Positions 26,437-40,620 of a DNA stretch of 64,000 nt are shown in pieces. The notes under the pieces are model-generated. The model was given only the letters and a program-made list of their open reading frames with translations. It was not told where the DNA came from and did not search any database. Position numbers and translations under genes: made by a program. This DNA comes from Lytechinus pictus (Eukaryota): assembly GCF_037042905.1 (NCBI RefSeq), contig NC_087251.1, positions 48,362,001 to 48,426,000 on the forward strand, read 5' to 3'. The stretch's first letter is position 1, and each line of letters starts with the position of its first letter.

Positions 26437-26660
26437 GAGGACATGGTGGCTCAGTGGTAGAGCGCCTGCCCCATGAACAGGAGGTCGTGGGTTCGATCCC
26501 TGGCCAAGTTATACCAAAGACTAAAAAAAAGGGATTTTCTGCCTTCTTGTCAGGCGCTTGATGTATGAGAATGGAAAAGGGTAATGTTATGCACCCCTGG
26601 CCTGCTGGAAGTTCACAGCTTACAGCTGAGAGTGCCTGGGTAAACTTTATTATTATAATC
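26437..26660 (+). mobile_element. tRNA-derived SINE
   Basis: A box TGGCTCAGTGG, B box GGTTCGATCCC, (TTA)n tail. Confidence 0.7.
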
Positions 26661-27625
26661 ATAAAGATCGGAGTGTGGGGAATGAGTGTGGGACAACCAA
26701 TTTAATCGCTTAAAAAGAGCAACAACATATACATGTAAAATATGTACATGTAGACAGCTTACAAGTTGAAGGACTACCAACATTTAAATCAATAGTACAT
26801 GTGAACACACATGTTGTTGAAGAGAGCAACAACTGAAATCTGTCATTGGAAAATGTTAAAACTTTCTACTTTAAAATATTAGTTTGACCAAGGATTTAAA
26901 CTGTAAATTTAATTTTCTTCATTTCTTTGTATACGATGGTACATGCATACTACGAAATGTGAGATACAGACACTTGGATATTTTTGGTAGGGTCTTTACA
27001 AACAGATTTAAGAAATCAATGAAAATTTATTTCGCATTTTAGGTCTTTCTTTTGTTCCTTTGGCCTCAAATGGTAGTCTACTACTGTCTTATGCAATCAA
27101 CAGCGCTTTGTATCCTCTGGAAAAAGCGCTATATAAATCCAATTATTATTATTATTATTATTACTATTGCACTCAAAAGACTGCTATGTTAGTTGAAATT
27201 ATCATGTTTCATAATTTATTTTGAAAATGTCAAATGAAGCAGGAATACCAATGAAATTATTTCAAATCTACATACTGTACTCTATGTGTGTATATAATAC
27301 CCTTTTAAGCTATTAAGAAGGTACTGTACAGCTTCAGGTACACATCCCTTGGGGCACAATTTTGAGGGAGTGTGATCCCCTTCCTCTTTGCGATTCAGGT
27401 CACCACAAATCTCGGATCCTATAATGATCTGGACCTACTCACGTCACTTTGTCCATATTTAGGCATGGGTTAGATTTCAGATTGGGTTATCACAGGTTGA
27501 ATTACACCTTAGCCTCTTGATAGATCTATGTACAGTACATGTAGATCCCCTAATAAGGCACACTGGACAGGTCATTCTCTTCAGAAGTAATGTTGCACAT
27601 TACTAAGGTCTGCACAAATCATTAA

Positions 27626-28213
27626 AGGGATGGTCCGGGCTAAAAATATGTATATCTTAATACATAGAGTAGAATTCACTGAGCAAAATGCCGAAAGTCT
27701 CATCAAAATCGGATAACAAATAATAAAGTTATTGAAGTTTAAAGTTTAGCAATATTTTATGAAAACAGTCGTCATGAATATTCATTAGGTGGGCTGATGA
27801 TGTCACATCTCCACTTTCCGTTTTCTTATGTTATTACATAAAATCATATTTTTGTCATTATTTCATACTTGTGTGAATACTATGTCTCCCTCATAATGAA
27901 ATAAGTTGCAGCAATACATATCTACCGGTAATGCACTTAATGAGTTGTCAATCCAATTTTTCTAGTTCTTGGAGGAAAACATTTGAATAAACCTAATTTC
28001 AAATAATAAAATACAAAAGAACAAGTGGGGATGTGACATCATCAGCCCACCTAATGAATATTCATGACAACTGTTTTCACAAAATATTGCTAAACTTTAA
28101 AATTCAATAACTTTTTTATTTGTTATCCGATTTTGATGAAATTTTCGGCATTTTGCTCAGTGAATTCTACTCTAGTTATTAAGCTATAAATACTTTCAGC
28201 CTGGACCATCCCT
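27626..28213. mobile_element. TTAA-flanked palindromic MITE
   Basis: TTAA|AGGGATGGTCC...GGACCATCCCT|TTAA with inverted arms of about 200 bp. Confidence 0.8.
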
Positions 28214-28400
28214 TTAAAGCCTGTATTTTTTGGTAAATCCCCCCCCCCCCAAACTGACTGTAACTATTCCAATTTATGACTAGATTATGAATAATTATAC
28301 ATCATGAATACTTACTTTGATTGGGAGCCTGTTGTGCACTGTGCACACCCCCCCCCCCCTCCCCTTAGGATGAGTTCTCAAGCACGGAATGACCATTGTA

Positions 28401-29050
28401 TGATGGGGTGTCCAAACTTCACGGACTTTTCAAAAATATTCTCAGGCTTAAATTTGTTCACAAAATATTCATAATTTATACAAAACTAATTCAAGAAATA
28501 GTGACCACATTGACGGCAAGAACCTAAACTATAAAATCATGGAAGAAAATGTAAAGTAGGTCAAGGGGTTTCGCCGGGATCGCGATCTCAAGATTCTATT
28601 CTGATCGGCGAATGCGCGCTATGCGCTGGAAAACCGTTCTGAAAAAGTGTGACCTAACTTCGCGGACCAAATTTTTTGTGGAGATTTAAACAAAAAATCA
28701 AGCTCAAAAAGTGAAATATTTATATCAGATTGACGGCAAAATGCTATAGAATCGGTTAGTACCACATTTAACTCACATTTTTGATGATTTCTGCTTGCTA
28801 AATGGTGATATCGTATATGCTTGTTCAGAATATCAGATTTCTTCAAAACGGGCGCTAACGGTGACAAATTTGCCGATCTTTTGTCAATATTTTCATGAAT
28901 ACTGAACTCATCCTAAAGAAACTTACACCAAAGGGTAATTTTCGGTCGCTTTTCACGTTGATGATGTCAGATTTTAAGGATGTTGGCTAGTTTTTTAGAT
29001 AATGACCGTCCGCGAAGTATGGACACGCGCGAAGTTTGGACTCACTGCCA
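28401..29050. mobile_element. TA-flanked MITE
   Basis: Inverted termini containing GTCCAAACTTC / GAAGTTTGGAC; TA on both sides. Confidence 0.6.
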
Positions 29051-29936
29051 TACAACATTTCTCTGTACATAGCTTTCTGATAGTCAATGCCTTCTACATG
29101 TATATGGGAGCAATTTAAACAAACTTATAATATTAAAGCAATCTTTTTATTACTTACGTGTACTTTGTACTCAAACGATGACAAATAATAGCTCATCAAA
29201 GCTACAATTCACAAGAAAAAACCCTGTCTTATTCATCAGATCATCTGCAAGAATTCTGATATGATTTTGCAAAACTGGGGGTTTATAAAAATGCAGTAAT
29301 CAGTGAACCGAGACGGCTATGCTATGGCTTATCCCCAAACCTCTTGTATGAAATTTCTGGATTTGAAATGTAATGCAGACATTTATTTTTAGAACTGAAC
29401 ATTGCACCATGTCATTTTAAAAGGGAATATTTTATATTGATACACTGAGTCAGCATTTTATTGCATTATCAACATTTTAGTTATTTATGTAAATACCAGT
29501 TGTGGTAATGATAAAAAAATGAGTTCCAATAGAAAATGACCTCCTATACAGTGCGTATCAAAAAAAAGTTTACACTTTAAAAAAGCCCTGGGAATTAAAA
29601 AATATACAACATGTGGGTAATTTTTTCACATATAATCTTGGGTTTGGGTCTCATCTATCCAATGAAAGTAAAAGTTTTGACAGAATGTTACACTTGAGTG
29701 AGCACTGTCCATTTTTGTAAAGCTCGCAAAAATCGGTTTGCGCAGAAATGCTTGTTTTCACGCTGTATTAAGGGGAAAGGGCGAAATCAAACTTACCCTG
29801 CGAAACATTTCTCATACATTTCCCTTGCACTTTTAGTCAATTGAAATAAAACTGATACATGTACATTCAAGCATTTTCTAACAATTTTGCCACCCAAATC
29901 GAAATTTCAACACTTAGTAGCTTGCACAACCTTTAC

Positions 29937-30581
29937 CCCGGGGGGGTCACTCTCCACATGGCCTGCTACGCACCCGCGTCCAGAAAAAGCGTCGAAAAGG
30001 GTCCCGTTTCAGGCACTCGGGCGGCGTTGACGTCTTTGGCAAAAAGGATTGCATTTCAGCACCATTCGCTCGTAAATCGCCGATAAGGGTAGTAGCCTTT
30101 TCTTTCTCTCTTCACGCCGTTTAGGGTTGCTAATTGGTTATGAAAATTACGCCATTTAGGGGTGCAAATTTAGGCAAATTTGAAGAAACCTGGGAGCAGA
30201 CCTAAGCTACACCATGAAAGGCGATTTACAAAACAATCCTCCCACACGCCGGCTTGGCCAGCGCAGCACTCGAGAGTTACCCCTGTCCAGTTCTAGTCTC
30301 TTAGTGCTAGTGTCTTACACCTAGCTCTATACTACATGTAGGCAGCATGCGTTACCCACACGGTCCACAGGTATCACATTATAATCGATTTTGATGATTA
30401 CGCCACTTAGGGTATCAAATTAGGGGATTTCCCTGTTCACGCCACTAAGGGTGGCTTTTCTCATGGGTTACGCCGTTTAGGGTTGCAAATTTACATAATG
30501 TCATTACGCCGTTTAGGGTGCATTTCTGAGGTTGTCTGACACGGGTGGGTAGCAGTCCATGTGGAGAGTGACCCCCCCGGG
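29937..30581. mobile_element. CCCGGG-terminated DNA element, 8-bp TSD
   Basis: TIR CCCGGGGGGGTCACTCTCCACATGG; TSD ACCTTTAC; internal repeats of ACGCCRYTTAGGG. Confidence 0.8.
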
Positions 30582-30921
30582 ACCTTTACCCCTTTTGTGC
30601 CAGCTGGATCTGAGGACATAACTGAATCTGAACAAAAGATTATATCAGAGATCTCCAGCATTTTTCACTAAGTTTTTATCATTTAAGGTGGGTTAACATT
30701 CAATTTTCATTTAATACTTGTTTCTCCACACTTTTCCCAAGCTTGGCAATGATTAACAAAATGAAAATCAAGCTTAAGCCATTCCATATAAATCACAGCT
30801 CAGTGTAAAGCAAATATCGTCACGATGGCCTCGGTGTGCGGGGAGTGGGGTGGGGCGCAATGCACTCTTTGAAGTGTTTTGGGCAAGGAAACAAGTTTAA
30901 AAAGGTAAAAGATATCTTTAA

Positions 30922-31516
30922 AGGGGAATCCAGCCTTGGCCATAAAATGTTTTGTTGGGAAGGAGAAAAATAAATTAAATAGAATGGTGAAAGTTTGAAA
31001 GAAATCGGACAAGCAATAAGAAAGTTATAGCTGCTTTAAAATTGGGATCACTAATAGTATGTACATTTCAAATTGGCAACTGGGTAAGTAAATTATGACA
31101 AGGGGCAAGGACAACTTTCCCATAGGCCATGTACTTTATTATCAGGGATTTGTGGTTTTCTCCTAAGTACCCATTCCCCTGGGGCAGTAATCTAAATATA
31201 ACCCAGGTAGTATATTGTTTAATGTCCTCATGAAAGAAAAATATAATTTGAAGTAAAACTGTTGGGAAAAATTACATTTTAGCCATAATATGTATTGGAG
31301 TACATGGAAGAGTAGTCCTTGCCTTACATCACTATGACATCCCATATGCGGCCAATTTGAAGTCTCCATGAGTATAGTGATTACTAATATTTACAACTTT
31401 TAAAAATTCATAACTTTCTTGTTGTTTGTCCAATATTGTTCAAACTTTCACCTATCAACTTGTCTGATTTTTCTTTTTCTTATAAAAAACAGTTTTTATT
31501 TGGGTTGGATTCCCCT
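30922..31516. mobile_element. TTAA-flanked MITE
   Basis: TTAA|AGGGGAATCCA...TGGATTCCCCT|TTAA; closely similar copy at 52935-53526. Confidence 0.85.
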
Positions 31517-33057
31517 TTAAATCAATTTTACTAGCTAAATTCCACGTGTTCTTCATGATTAAAGTCTGTTTTTATTCGCATAACAATTTCAGAGTTCTGC
31601 GCAAATCATTTTTTCACTAACTTTTCAAAAGTGGTGCTCACTCAAGCGGAAATATTTTTTGACAGTTATGTCCTCATTTGCTTAAATGGATCTGTACTAA
31701 TGCTAAAATGTGGAAAAATCTTCAGGATATCACAAATGTATAATTTTACAGGATTTTTTTCTAAGTGTAAACTTTTTTTGATATGCACTGTATATGTGCC
31801 AAATGGCTTTGGAAAAAAATAAATGTGTAATTGTTGGGAAATTAGCAAAATAAACACAGAATTCCATATGTCAGGTAAAAGAATGGGATTTCCCTTGATC
31901 TCCAGACTCTACTGTAGGAATACACGTAATGCAAAAAGGTGAATTTACAATGAGTTTACAAGACAAAATACAAATAAACAAATTTTTAATCATGAAAGAG
32001 TGGGGAAAAGAAAAATTATGTACACATTATCAAAATGAATGACATCATCAGATCATCTGGGTTGAGAATAATGAATGCAATTGTATTTAAGAAATTAGAA
32101 AAATATGGGTTACATATTCACCAAGTGTCCTAGAAAAAAAGTGGAATGTTCAGTAGTTTCAGCACTTTGTCTTCAAAAAGCTAGATTAAAAAAAGGAACC
32201 TCCTACTATTTAGGAGAATGATACCAAGATACATATTATTTTCAATCACTTTAAAACAAGTTTAGCGAGTGATCTCTGTCCTAAACGATGTTTCATATGA
32301 CCTGCATGATGTTTTTAGGGAAAATCTGCCTTTTTTTCCTTTTAACCATTCTTTTCTACTACATGTAGAAGCTTGTAAAATTTGAAAATAACTGAACCTA
32401 GTATATAATCAAAATTACTGCACCAAATTAAATGTAATTTAATCTTAATTAGATACATGTACATGTAGAAGATGTTTCAACAAACAATGCAAACAAAAAG
32501 ATTAAACAATCTGAAGGCAAAAAAAGAAAAATCATTCCGCCTTTATGGTGACCCATCATCATCCCATATTGTTTCAATTGATTCACGAGATGCAGTATAC
32601 TTTAGCCAAATCGGATATTTGAAACATCAAGAAATAAATGTACATTACATGTAACTAGGAATAGACCTATGCATCTGGATGAGAGAGAAAAATCAAAACA
32701 AAAAATGTAGAATACATATATGTATAAAGAATTATTATGTAGATTCAAAGTCCAAGTGTAGAAAATCGTACAAAACAGCAATAATTGTTTTTTTAATAAT
32801 TATTTCTGTACATCAATAAGTAATCATAATCACAATCATCTTTATCACCATAATCACCACTGATCCCTAACTAAACTTGGTAAGTTTTTTTTAAAGGATT
32901 CACCAAGCATGCCAAGGAAAAACATTTCCATTGTCTCGTAATACACCAGGCTGAAACTATATGACTTGTAACAGATTAATTGAATCAGACAAATAAAAAG
33001 CTGTAAAACTTATCAAAATCAGACAAGAAACAACAAAAAATTATGATAGTTTTCCTG

Positions 33058-33296
33058 ACAGGCTTCAGGTCAAAGCGCTCCTACATGTATATTACCCCGG
33101 CTAAGCTAGTCTACCGATTCTGGTGCTCACAGCTTTTTGAGGAATTACTTCCTGCCGGTACCCATTTACCTCACCTGGGTCAAGTGCAGCACAGTGTGGA
33201 TAAATTTCTTGCTGAAGGAAAACATGCCATGGCTAGGATTTGAACCCACGACCCTCTGTTTGAAAGGCGAGAGTCAGAACCACTAGACCACAACGT
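33058..33296 (-). mobile_element. tRNA-derived SINE (same family as 17511-17792)
   Basis: Aligns by eye with 17570-17790. Confidence 0.75.
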
Positions 33297-33524
33297 GTCA
33301 AATATGTTCGTCTGACCCCCTATATGTGGGACCTTCATGAAATTTTCTGTCTCTGATTTCTTGTTCTTTTGACAGTCTGTAATAAAGGACTTGGTCAGTT
33401 TATGAAGTGAAGTAAAGTAAAACTTGAGAAAAATGGGGGTCGGACGTACAAAAAGGTTGATCACTTTATGGAATTGCACATTCATGCTTAATACTTTGTT
33501 TCTAAGCACTTAACATTGTAATTA

Positions 33525-33990
33525 TTATCACCCCAGCTTGAATACACCTCAGAGGCATGGAATCCCAACACACTGACTGCTATCAGAAACCTTGAGCAAG
33601 TGCAAGAAACAGCAGTTTGGTTTGTTGCCCATGATTACAGGTGGTCTACGTCATCATCACACCTGTTGTCTGCTCACGGATGGGACACACTACATCATCA
33701 GCGACTCCTGGACCAATGCTCTCTTCTTTTCAAGATTCACTACAGACTAGTCAACATGCCAATGCCAGCTATAGTGACTCCGGCAACATATCTTGCAAGG
33801 AAGGACCATACACCAAAATTTGCTGTGCCAAATTGATTCCTACAAATGCTCCTTCTTCCCAAGGACAATCCGAATATGGAACCACCTGCCTGGCGAAATT
33901 GTATACAAAACAGGTGTACCAGCATTCAAAGACGCTGCGCTTCCCATTATTAGAAATCTGCAGCCTCCAACTGGGACTCTTGTTCTTTAA
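33525..33990 (+). mobile_element. Non-LTR retrotransposon (CR1/L2-group) ORF2 3' remnant
   Basis: PSLEYTSEAWNP...LEQVQ...GWDTLHHQR...LLFKI, then frameshifted YKCSFFPRTIRIWNHLP; motifs typical of the CR1/L2-group ORF2 C-terminus. Confidence 0.85.
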
Positions 33991-34643
33991 GATTTATCCA
34001 GGTTTTTACTTGCACATCGCACTCTCCTTTTATTGTAAAATTGAGATCTTCACTATGACACCAATCTTTCACGACATATTGCAAAGTTCATTCCAGTTTA
34101 GCTTTTTGGAACTGCAAGAGGAATTATCGTATCAAGACCCCAGCCATCAATCCTTCCATGCCCGCACATAATGTATACATGTATGCACTTTCTCCACTCC
34201 CTGAGGAGTATTCAAACAAGAGTTTCAGGAATCTATTGCTAGGAATACTACACAGGATTTCCCATCTTACCGGATACCAATTTAACACTGGGGTGAAGAG
34301 TGGCAAAATGTGGAATGATGCCACTTGCTCACTGCAACCATCCAGCCTGTGGGGAATCTACAGGTAGGACTATGGTATGACAATGCAGACACACATTTCA
34401 AAAAATCATTAAAATAACACTTTTGCGACCAAAAAATACTAATTTCTATATAGTTGCAATTCATTTTTCATTAGTAACTTGGGAATGATTTTTGTATTCA
34501 CCAGAGCGCTCAAAACTTGAATTTTGTCCATATTTTTGTATACGCCCTCTATTTGGTGGAAAGTAATATGGCAAGAAAATTTTCATTTATCAATCATTAT
34601 TTTTAATTTAGAAAAAATAATAAAAAGAATCAAATTTACTTAA

Positions 34644-35377
34644 AGGACAAGTCCACCCAAACAAAAAATTGATTTGAATAAAAAGAGAAAAATCCAACAA
34701 TTAAAACACTGAAAATTTTCTCAAAATCGGATGAAAAATAAGAAAGTTATGACATTTTAAAATTTCGCTTAATTTCCCCAAAACAGTTATATGCACATCA
34801 TGGTTGATATGCAAATGAGGGGACTGATGACATCACCCACTCACTATTTCTTTTGTATTTTATTATATGAGATATGAAATATTCTAGTTTTCTCCCCCTT
34901 GTCATGTGAAATCAAGTTTTGTTCCTTCCTGAACATGTGGAATTAACATTGTTTAACATTATGTGGTTCAGTTAAGTTGGTCCTAAATGTCAAATTGGTA
35001 AAAATTTAAATATTGTTTAATTCAAACAATAAAATGTGAAATCGAGTTTTGTTCCTTCCTGAACATGTGGAATTAACATTGTTTAACATTATGTGGTTCA
35101 GTTAAGTTGGTCCTAAATGTCAAATTGGTAAAAATTGAAATATTGTTTAATTCAAACAATTAAAAAAAAAAGAAATAGTGAGTGATGGACATCATCAACT
35201 CTCTCATTTGCATGTTACTGAATTGTGTATATAACTGTTTTGTGAAAAATAAGCAAAACTTTAAAATATCATAACTTTCTTATTTTACATCCGATTTTGA
35301 TGAGGTTTTCAGCATTATGCTTGTTTGATTTTTTTCTATTGATTCAAATCAACATTTTTATGGGATGGACTTGACCT
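34644..35377. mobile_element. TTAA MITE, same family, with internal 130-bp tandem duplication
   Basis: Same TIRs; segment at ~34905-35034 is repeated at ~35035-35164. Confidence 0.8.
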
Positions 35378-36057
35378 TTAAGAGCCAAGTTATATGATCA
35401 TTAGCTGTAATGGAAACTGACAGTGTCAAAAATCAAGCATTTGTTCCAAAGAAACAGAGAAAAAAAGCCAAGCATTGCAAACCTTATTTTGCCACACATG
35501 GAGTAGTTAACAGAGAACAAGGTTATATCCTAACCTTGTTCATTGAATGAGTGGATTGATGCCTTGCCATTGGATGTAGGTTGCGGTAGGATTCGAACAC
35601 ACGCCCCTCTGATTACAAGGTGAGAGTCTGAAACCCATCATCATGATGCATACATGTAAGTTGACTATTTTTTTTCAGACATGAAACATGACAGCAGCAG
35701 CATTTAACCCATTGAAACTCACAGAGCTTCCGAGTCTGAATTTTGTCTTTTTCATTATTTTCTTTTTAAATTGTTTTTGTTCACTCATGCAGTATGAGAA
35801 ATCATTGAAATTATCTTTCAATCCAATTAATTTTCCACTTTTAAAGAACATTACAAAACAACAAATTACAATATTCAATACATACATATCAAGGGGGTAA
35901 AAAGAGCAATTTTATTGTAAAAAGAGCAGAAAAAATAATTAAAATTATTAGTGAAGGTTTGAGGGAACTGCATTAAAGAGTAAGAAAGTTATTTCAAATT
36001 GAAGTTATTGATTTGTGGCATCATAAATACAATTACAAGCAGCAGCAGCTGCCCCAT

Positions 36058-36688
36058 TACCTCAGGCGATGTTCGTGCAGGCTCCACCCCACTTTACTAC
36101 CGCTACACTACGCTCCACCTACCCAAACATTAGGACAGTGAACTCGATCAGATATTTCCGAGTCACAAAGGTGGGATGGCAATCAAGGTTATCGTAAAAA
36201 TTAAAGAAAAAAAATATAACAAGGGATATAAATGACTTAATATCTTACTCTACACCCGTATTTCACTCCTTGTCCATCCTCCGGTTATCCAAAAAATTGG
36301 TGATTTTGGGCCAGTATCTTTTTCCTCACACGTATTATTCACGGCCGATTTCAAAACATTGCATGCGATTGCGATCGATATCAGCGACCGATCGCATGCA
36401 ATGTTTTGAAATCGGCCGTGAATAATACGTGTGAGGAAAAAGATACTGGCCCAAAATCACCAATTTTTAGGATAACCGGAAGATGGACACGGAGTGAAAT
36501 ACGGGTGTAGAGTAAGATATTAAGTCATTTATATCCCTCGTTATATTTTTTTTCTTTAATTTTTACGATAACCATGATTGCCATCCCACCTTTTATGACT
36601 CGGAAATATCCGATCGAGTTCACTGTCCCGATGTTCGGGTAGGTGGAGCGGTAGTGAAGTGGAGCCTGCACGAACATCGTCTGAGGTA
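36058..36688. mobile_element. Foldback element (near-perfect 631-bp palindrome), 9-bp TSD
   Basis: TACCTCAG...CTGAGGTA; arms of ~300 bp around a ~20-bp loop near 36380; TSD CTGCCCCAT. Confidence 0.9.
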
Positions 36689-39600
36689 CTGCCCCATATA
36701 TATAAATTTCAATTTTTTAATGGTTCAGAACTTCAGGATAACTAAAATTTTATTTTTCTTTCAGATGTGAAATAATTTGTCTGTTGACTTGTCTACTAAA
36801 CTTAGATCTAATGTTAGTCTACATTGTTTTACAAATTAGAAAATAACATTTCAAATCATGGTCATTAAGCCAAAAGGTTTTTGATTTACAATGTAACTTT
36901 TAGTACATCAGCTGCTAGCATGTGACGTCACAAATACAAAATAAAAAATGCTAATAGATCTAACTTTTAAAATCTTTGTCTTTGAAAGGATTTTCCTCAC
37001 TTAGCTTAACAGTACCGTACGCTGCCCAATCGTCGCTCAGTTTACGTATTTTCCTTTATGTTTCATTCAATTAGCTACGATATGCTTACTTCCATATGTC
37101 ATCTGAAAGCGAAAATACTGGAAAATCGTTTCATAGGATAATAATTATATGTCTTAGAAGCCCCGCTGCGTAATTCGCCGTTTTTGGCACCCCTTGCGCC
37201 TGCCCAATCGCCGCTCACCATTGCCCTAACTCCGCTCGCTTAGCGCGCGCATTCATACATGTAGTTTATAAGGCCTGATACTGTCTAACTCTTTTTTCTA
37301 CCCTTTTTTCTTGCACTTCTGAGTGAGAAAGTGAGTAATTTTGTTGTGATTAAATGTATTGTTTACAAGTTTTATAGTACTATACACTGTATAAAATGTT
37401 TCTTTCGCCAAGTGCAATTATTTTTAGGGCCTCAAACTTTTTGTTACTGATCTACGCCTATATATCGGTTTTTTTTATCCTCCAAACTTTATTCCGTATT
37501 TTTTATAAAATACATATTTTCAAAAAACCTTTCCCGACAAACTTTTAACTGATTTCAATTGTCTAATAATATGAATATGATTCTAATCCATTCATGAATT
37601 TATGAGTATATTATTATTTATTTATTTATTTCGGAAATGAAAAGTATATGAAATTGGAACAATTAATGTAATACAACATTAACAGAGTATATAGATTGAG
37701 CACCCACTGGGTCAAATAAATTACTGTTGTCAATAAAGACCATGACCCTAACCAGTGCTATAATAAAGGTGCTTACAAAAAATCGGAAGCGGATAAAAGA
37801 GTCAGCATGAACAAAAATGTTTAAAGAACAATATATATAATAGAATAACATGTTTGATATAGTTAAGTTAACTTAATTAACTTAAAATATCAATATTGAT
37901 GAATTTACATTCTTATGAATAAAACGCTATAAAGCTCTTTTAGCACATTCGCCATTCAAAGTAATCATTTTCGCCACTCATCCAACTTGAGTGCCCCCCA
38001 CCCCCTTGTCGTCCCTTCCGCTCATCGACCCCTGATGCCAGTGACCATTGATTTCCATTATTATTTTTTTATTATTAGAAATAATTATTTGCATCCTCCT
38101 TCAGGTTCTAATTCAAATTTGTTGCTTTTACACTATCTTGACTCATTATTTATCAAGTATATGTATTCGTGTATCCCACTTTTTTGTTTACTCTTTACTT
38201 TTTCTTGTCGTATTGATATTTTTATGGGACTCTCACTGCATAATTCTTTGGAGCCTTCAACCAACAAGCTTTGCTTTTACTTTTAGCTCCCTCATATCCA
38301 CATCTCTCATTTTCTTTCTTTGTCATAATAGAACCAATTACAAGAATACATTCTAGTATTTTTTTCTATTGTTATATTATGTACACGTTTCATATTTTTA
38401 CGATGTTTATTTATGCTTATCTATGAAAACTTGTAGGCCTATTGTATAATATTATTGTTTGTATTGAATTGTTGATTTTTTGAAAATGTGAAATGTTGAT
38501 GTGCATAAACCTTGAACCCTGAACTCCGATAATATTTTTTTTGGGGATTCCCTTATATTGACTTTCATTAAATAAAAGCTCATCTTGAAAAACAACAATA
38601 AATATTTAATCACCTCGCTGGTTTAAGTTCATATTCGAACTTCCGTCAATAATAGGAGAGGGAAAAAGGCACTCAAGAAAATTCTATTTGTTCAAAATAA
38701 ATTGGTCAATTTAAATCCTGTTCCGTTTTCAAACAAAACACAATAAAAAAAGGAAATCTCCAGAAACATGACAAAGTTTCATCTATTCAAATCAATCAGG
38801 AAACTACTGACCGAGTTCAAAAGGCCAATGATATAGGCCCATTAGTGGGAGATTTTTTCTTATTTATTCATTTAAATTCTTTATTTTATTTAGATTTATA
38901 GATATGAATCAGATAGGCATGCAGATAATGCGTATGGGCCTACCATAAAATATATGTATCATTAGGCTCATAAGTTATCACATATAGGCCTATAATTACA
39001 CATCTATTTCCATCATTCCAATTAAATTATCCCTAAATGTCATACTCTGAGTAAATAATATTGGTAATCATCAAAATATGAATACGCCACATAAAAAAAC
39101 AGTATTACGATCGATAATAGCCTAGAAGACATGCCAGCCTGCATGCCAGGGGCCGCGGAACCGGGGGAGGGGCTTCACCCCAGAACAAAAAAAAAACTAT
39201 CCCTATATATCTAAGTTGTTTGTACGTCGGTATTTAGTGATAAACATCGAAGTCTCATTTTTTAGCATTGATGACCCTACGATTCGTTATAGAGCAAGAT
39301 AATTTTTGTAAAACTTTTTCCCAAACACTTTGGGCCGGGACAATGATTACAATTAAATCTCGAAATATTTATGGTGAACAGTGACAAACTCTTTTGATCA
39401 TCTTTCAACATTTCTGTAAACGTCAGCTTATCTGCCTGCTCCATGATAAATCGTTGACGACCGAGGGGCTTTTATTTGCCATCACCCTCAGCTAAACGGA
39501 GAGAGAGGGTGAGATAGAAAAGAAATCATAGGAGAAGTGAGAGAGGAAAATGTAAAAGAGTATAAAGAAGAAAAAATGGCCGCGTCGCAAAAAAGACAAC

Positions 39601-40620
39601 AGAAGAGGTATCAATCAAGGCCGGAATAGGAAAATAATGAAATGAAAAAAAAAGAGGAAGGAAAATAAAAGGAAGAAGACAAGACGAAAATGAGAGTTGG
39701 GGGACCGACAAATACCTGTACCCTTCATTTAGAACAAAATAACTATTCAGCCTGCGCTTCGCACCCGCATTGCCCGTTTGTTTCATTATTCATGTCTTGT
39801 TTTCAAGTCATTCTCGGTTTGTAACATAAAACATCATGACAAAAGTGCTTAAAATGTCTCGTTTTTTCTCTGAATCAGGGGCGGAAATCTTTCCCAAAAG
39901 TAGGGGGGGGGGGCAAGGGGCTGGAAAATTTGACAAGCAAAAAATTATGAATTATGACCTGAAATAAATTCAGACATTCCTACATTGTTTACACTTAATT
40001 TTCATCTCATATTAAATTCACGAGTTGAATTAGTAAAGTAATCAGGCGTTACCATGGCAACATACCATTATCATGCATTCAAATGAACTTATATCCATGC
40101 AGAACACTCTGTTGTTTTCGATATTTAATTCAAACGAATTGGTCAAACCTATATGATTTTGGCATTTTAATTGTCATTTTCCACCATTAATCTTTTCCCA
40201 CCATAATGTTGATTTATGATGCCAATTCAATAAATGCCCCCAACGTCATTGGCCAAAGTTCCGTCATTGACCTCACTATAGGATTTTCACTGAATCCCTT
40301 ATTTCGAAGTTTCATGATAGCTATAAAAACCTGTAGGCCTATTTCAAACTTATGATTACATTTCACAAACTTATCCTGTTTTAAGATTTCAATGTTTACG
40401 ACGCCGCCCGCGCGGCACCGTCGGAAAAGCGCCCTGTCTCTGCAGGCAATCAAGACAATTGTATTTTTCTGCGGGAAAGATAAGCCGTTACAATGGCAAT
40501 GGATCTTTTGCAAATACTTTGATGACTTGATAGGCCTATATCTAGAAATTGAATTTGGAAGGCTTAAGAATGATAGATTGGACCATTTAAATTGACAGGG
40601 TAATGTGCCATATATATAGG

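Larger units (their letters stand above)
29549..31790. mobile_element. Tc1/mariner-type non-autonomous element hosting two nested insertions
   Basis: TA|CAGTGCGTATCAAAAAAAAGTTTACACTT...AAGTGTAAACTTTTTTTGATATGCACTG|TA. Confidence 0.8.
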
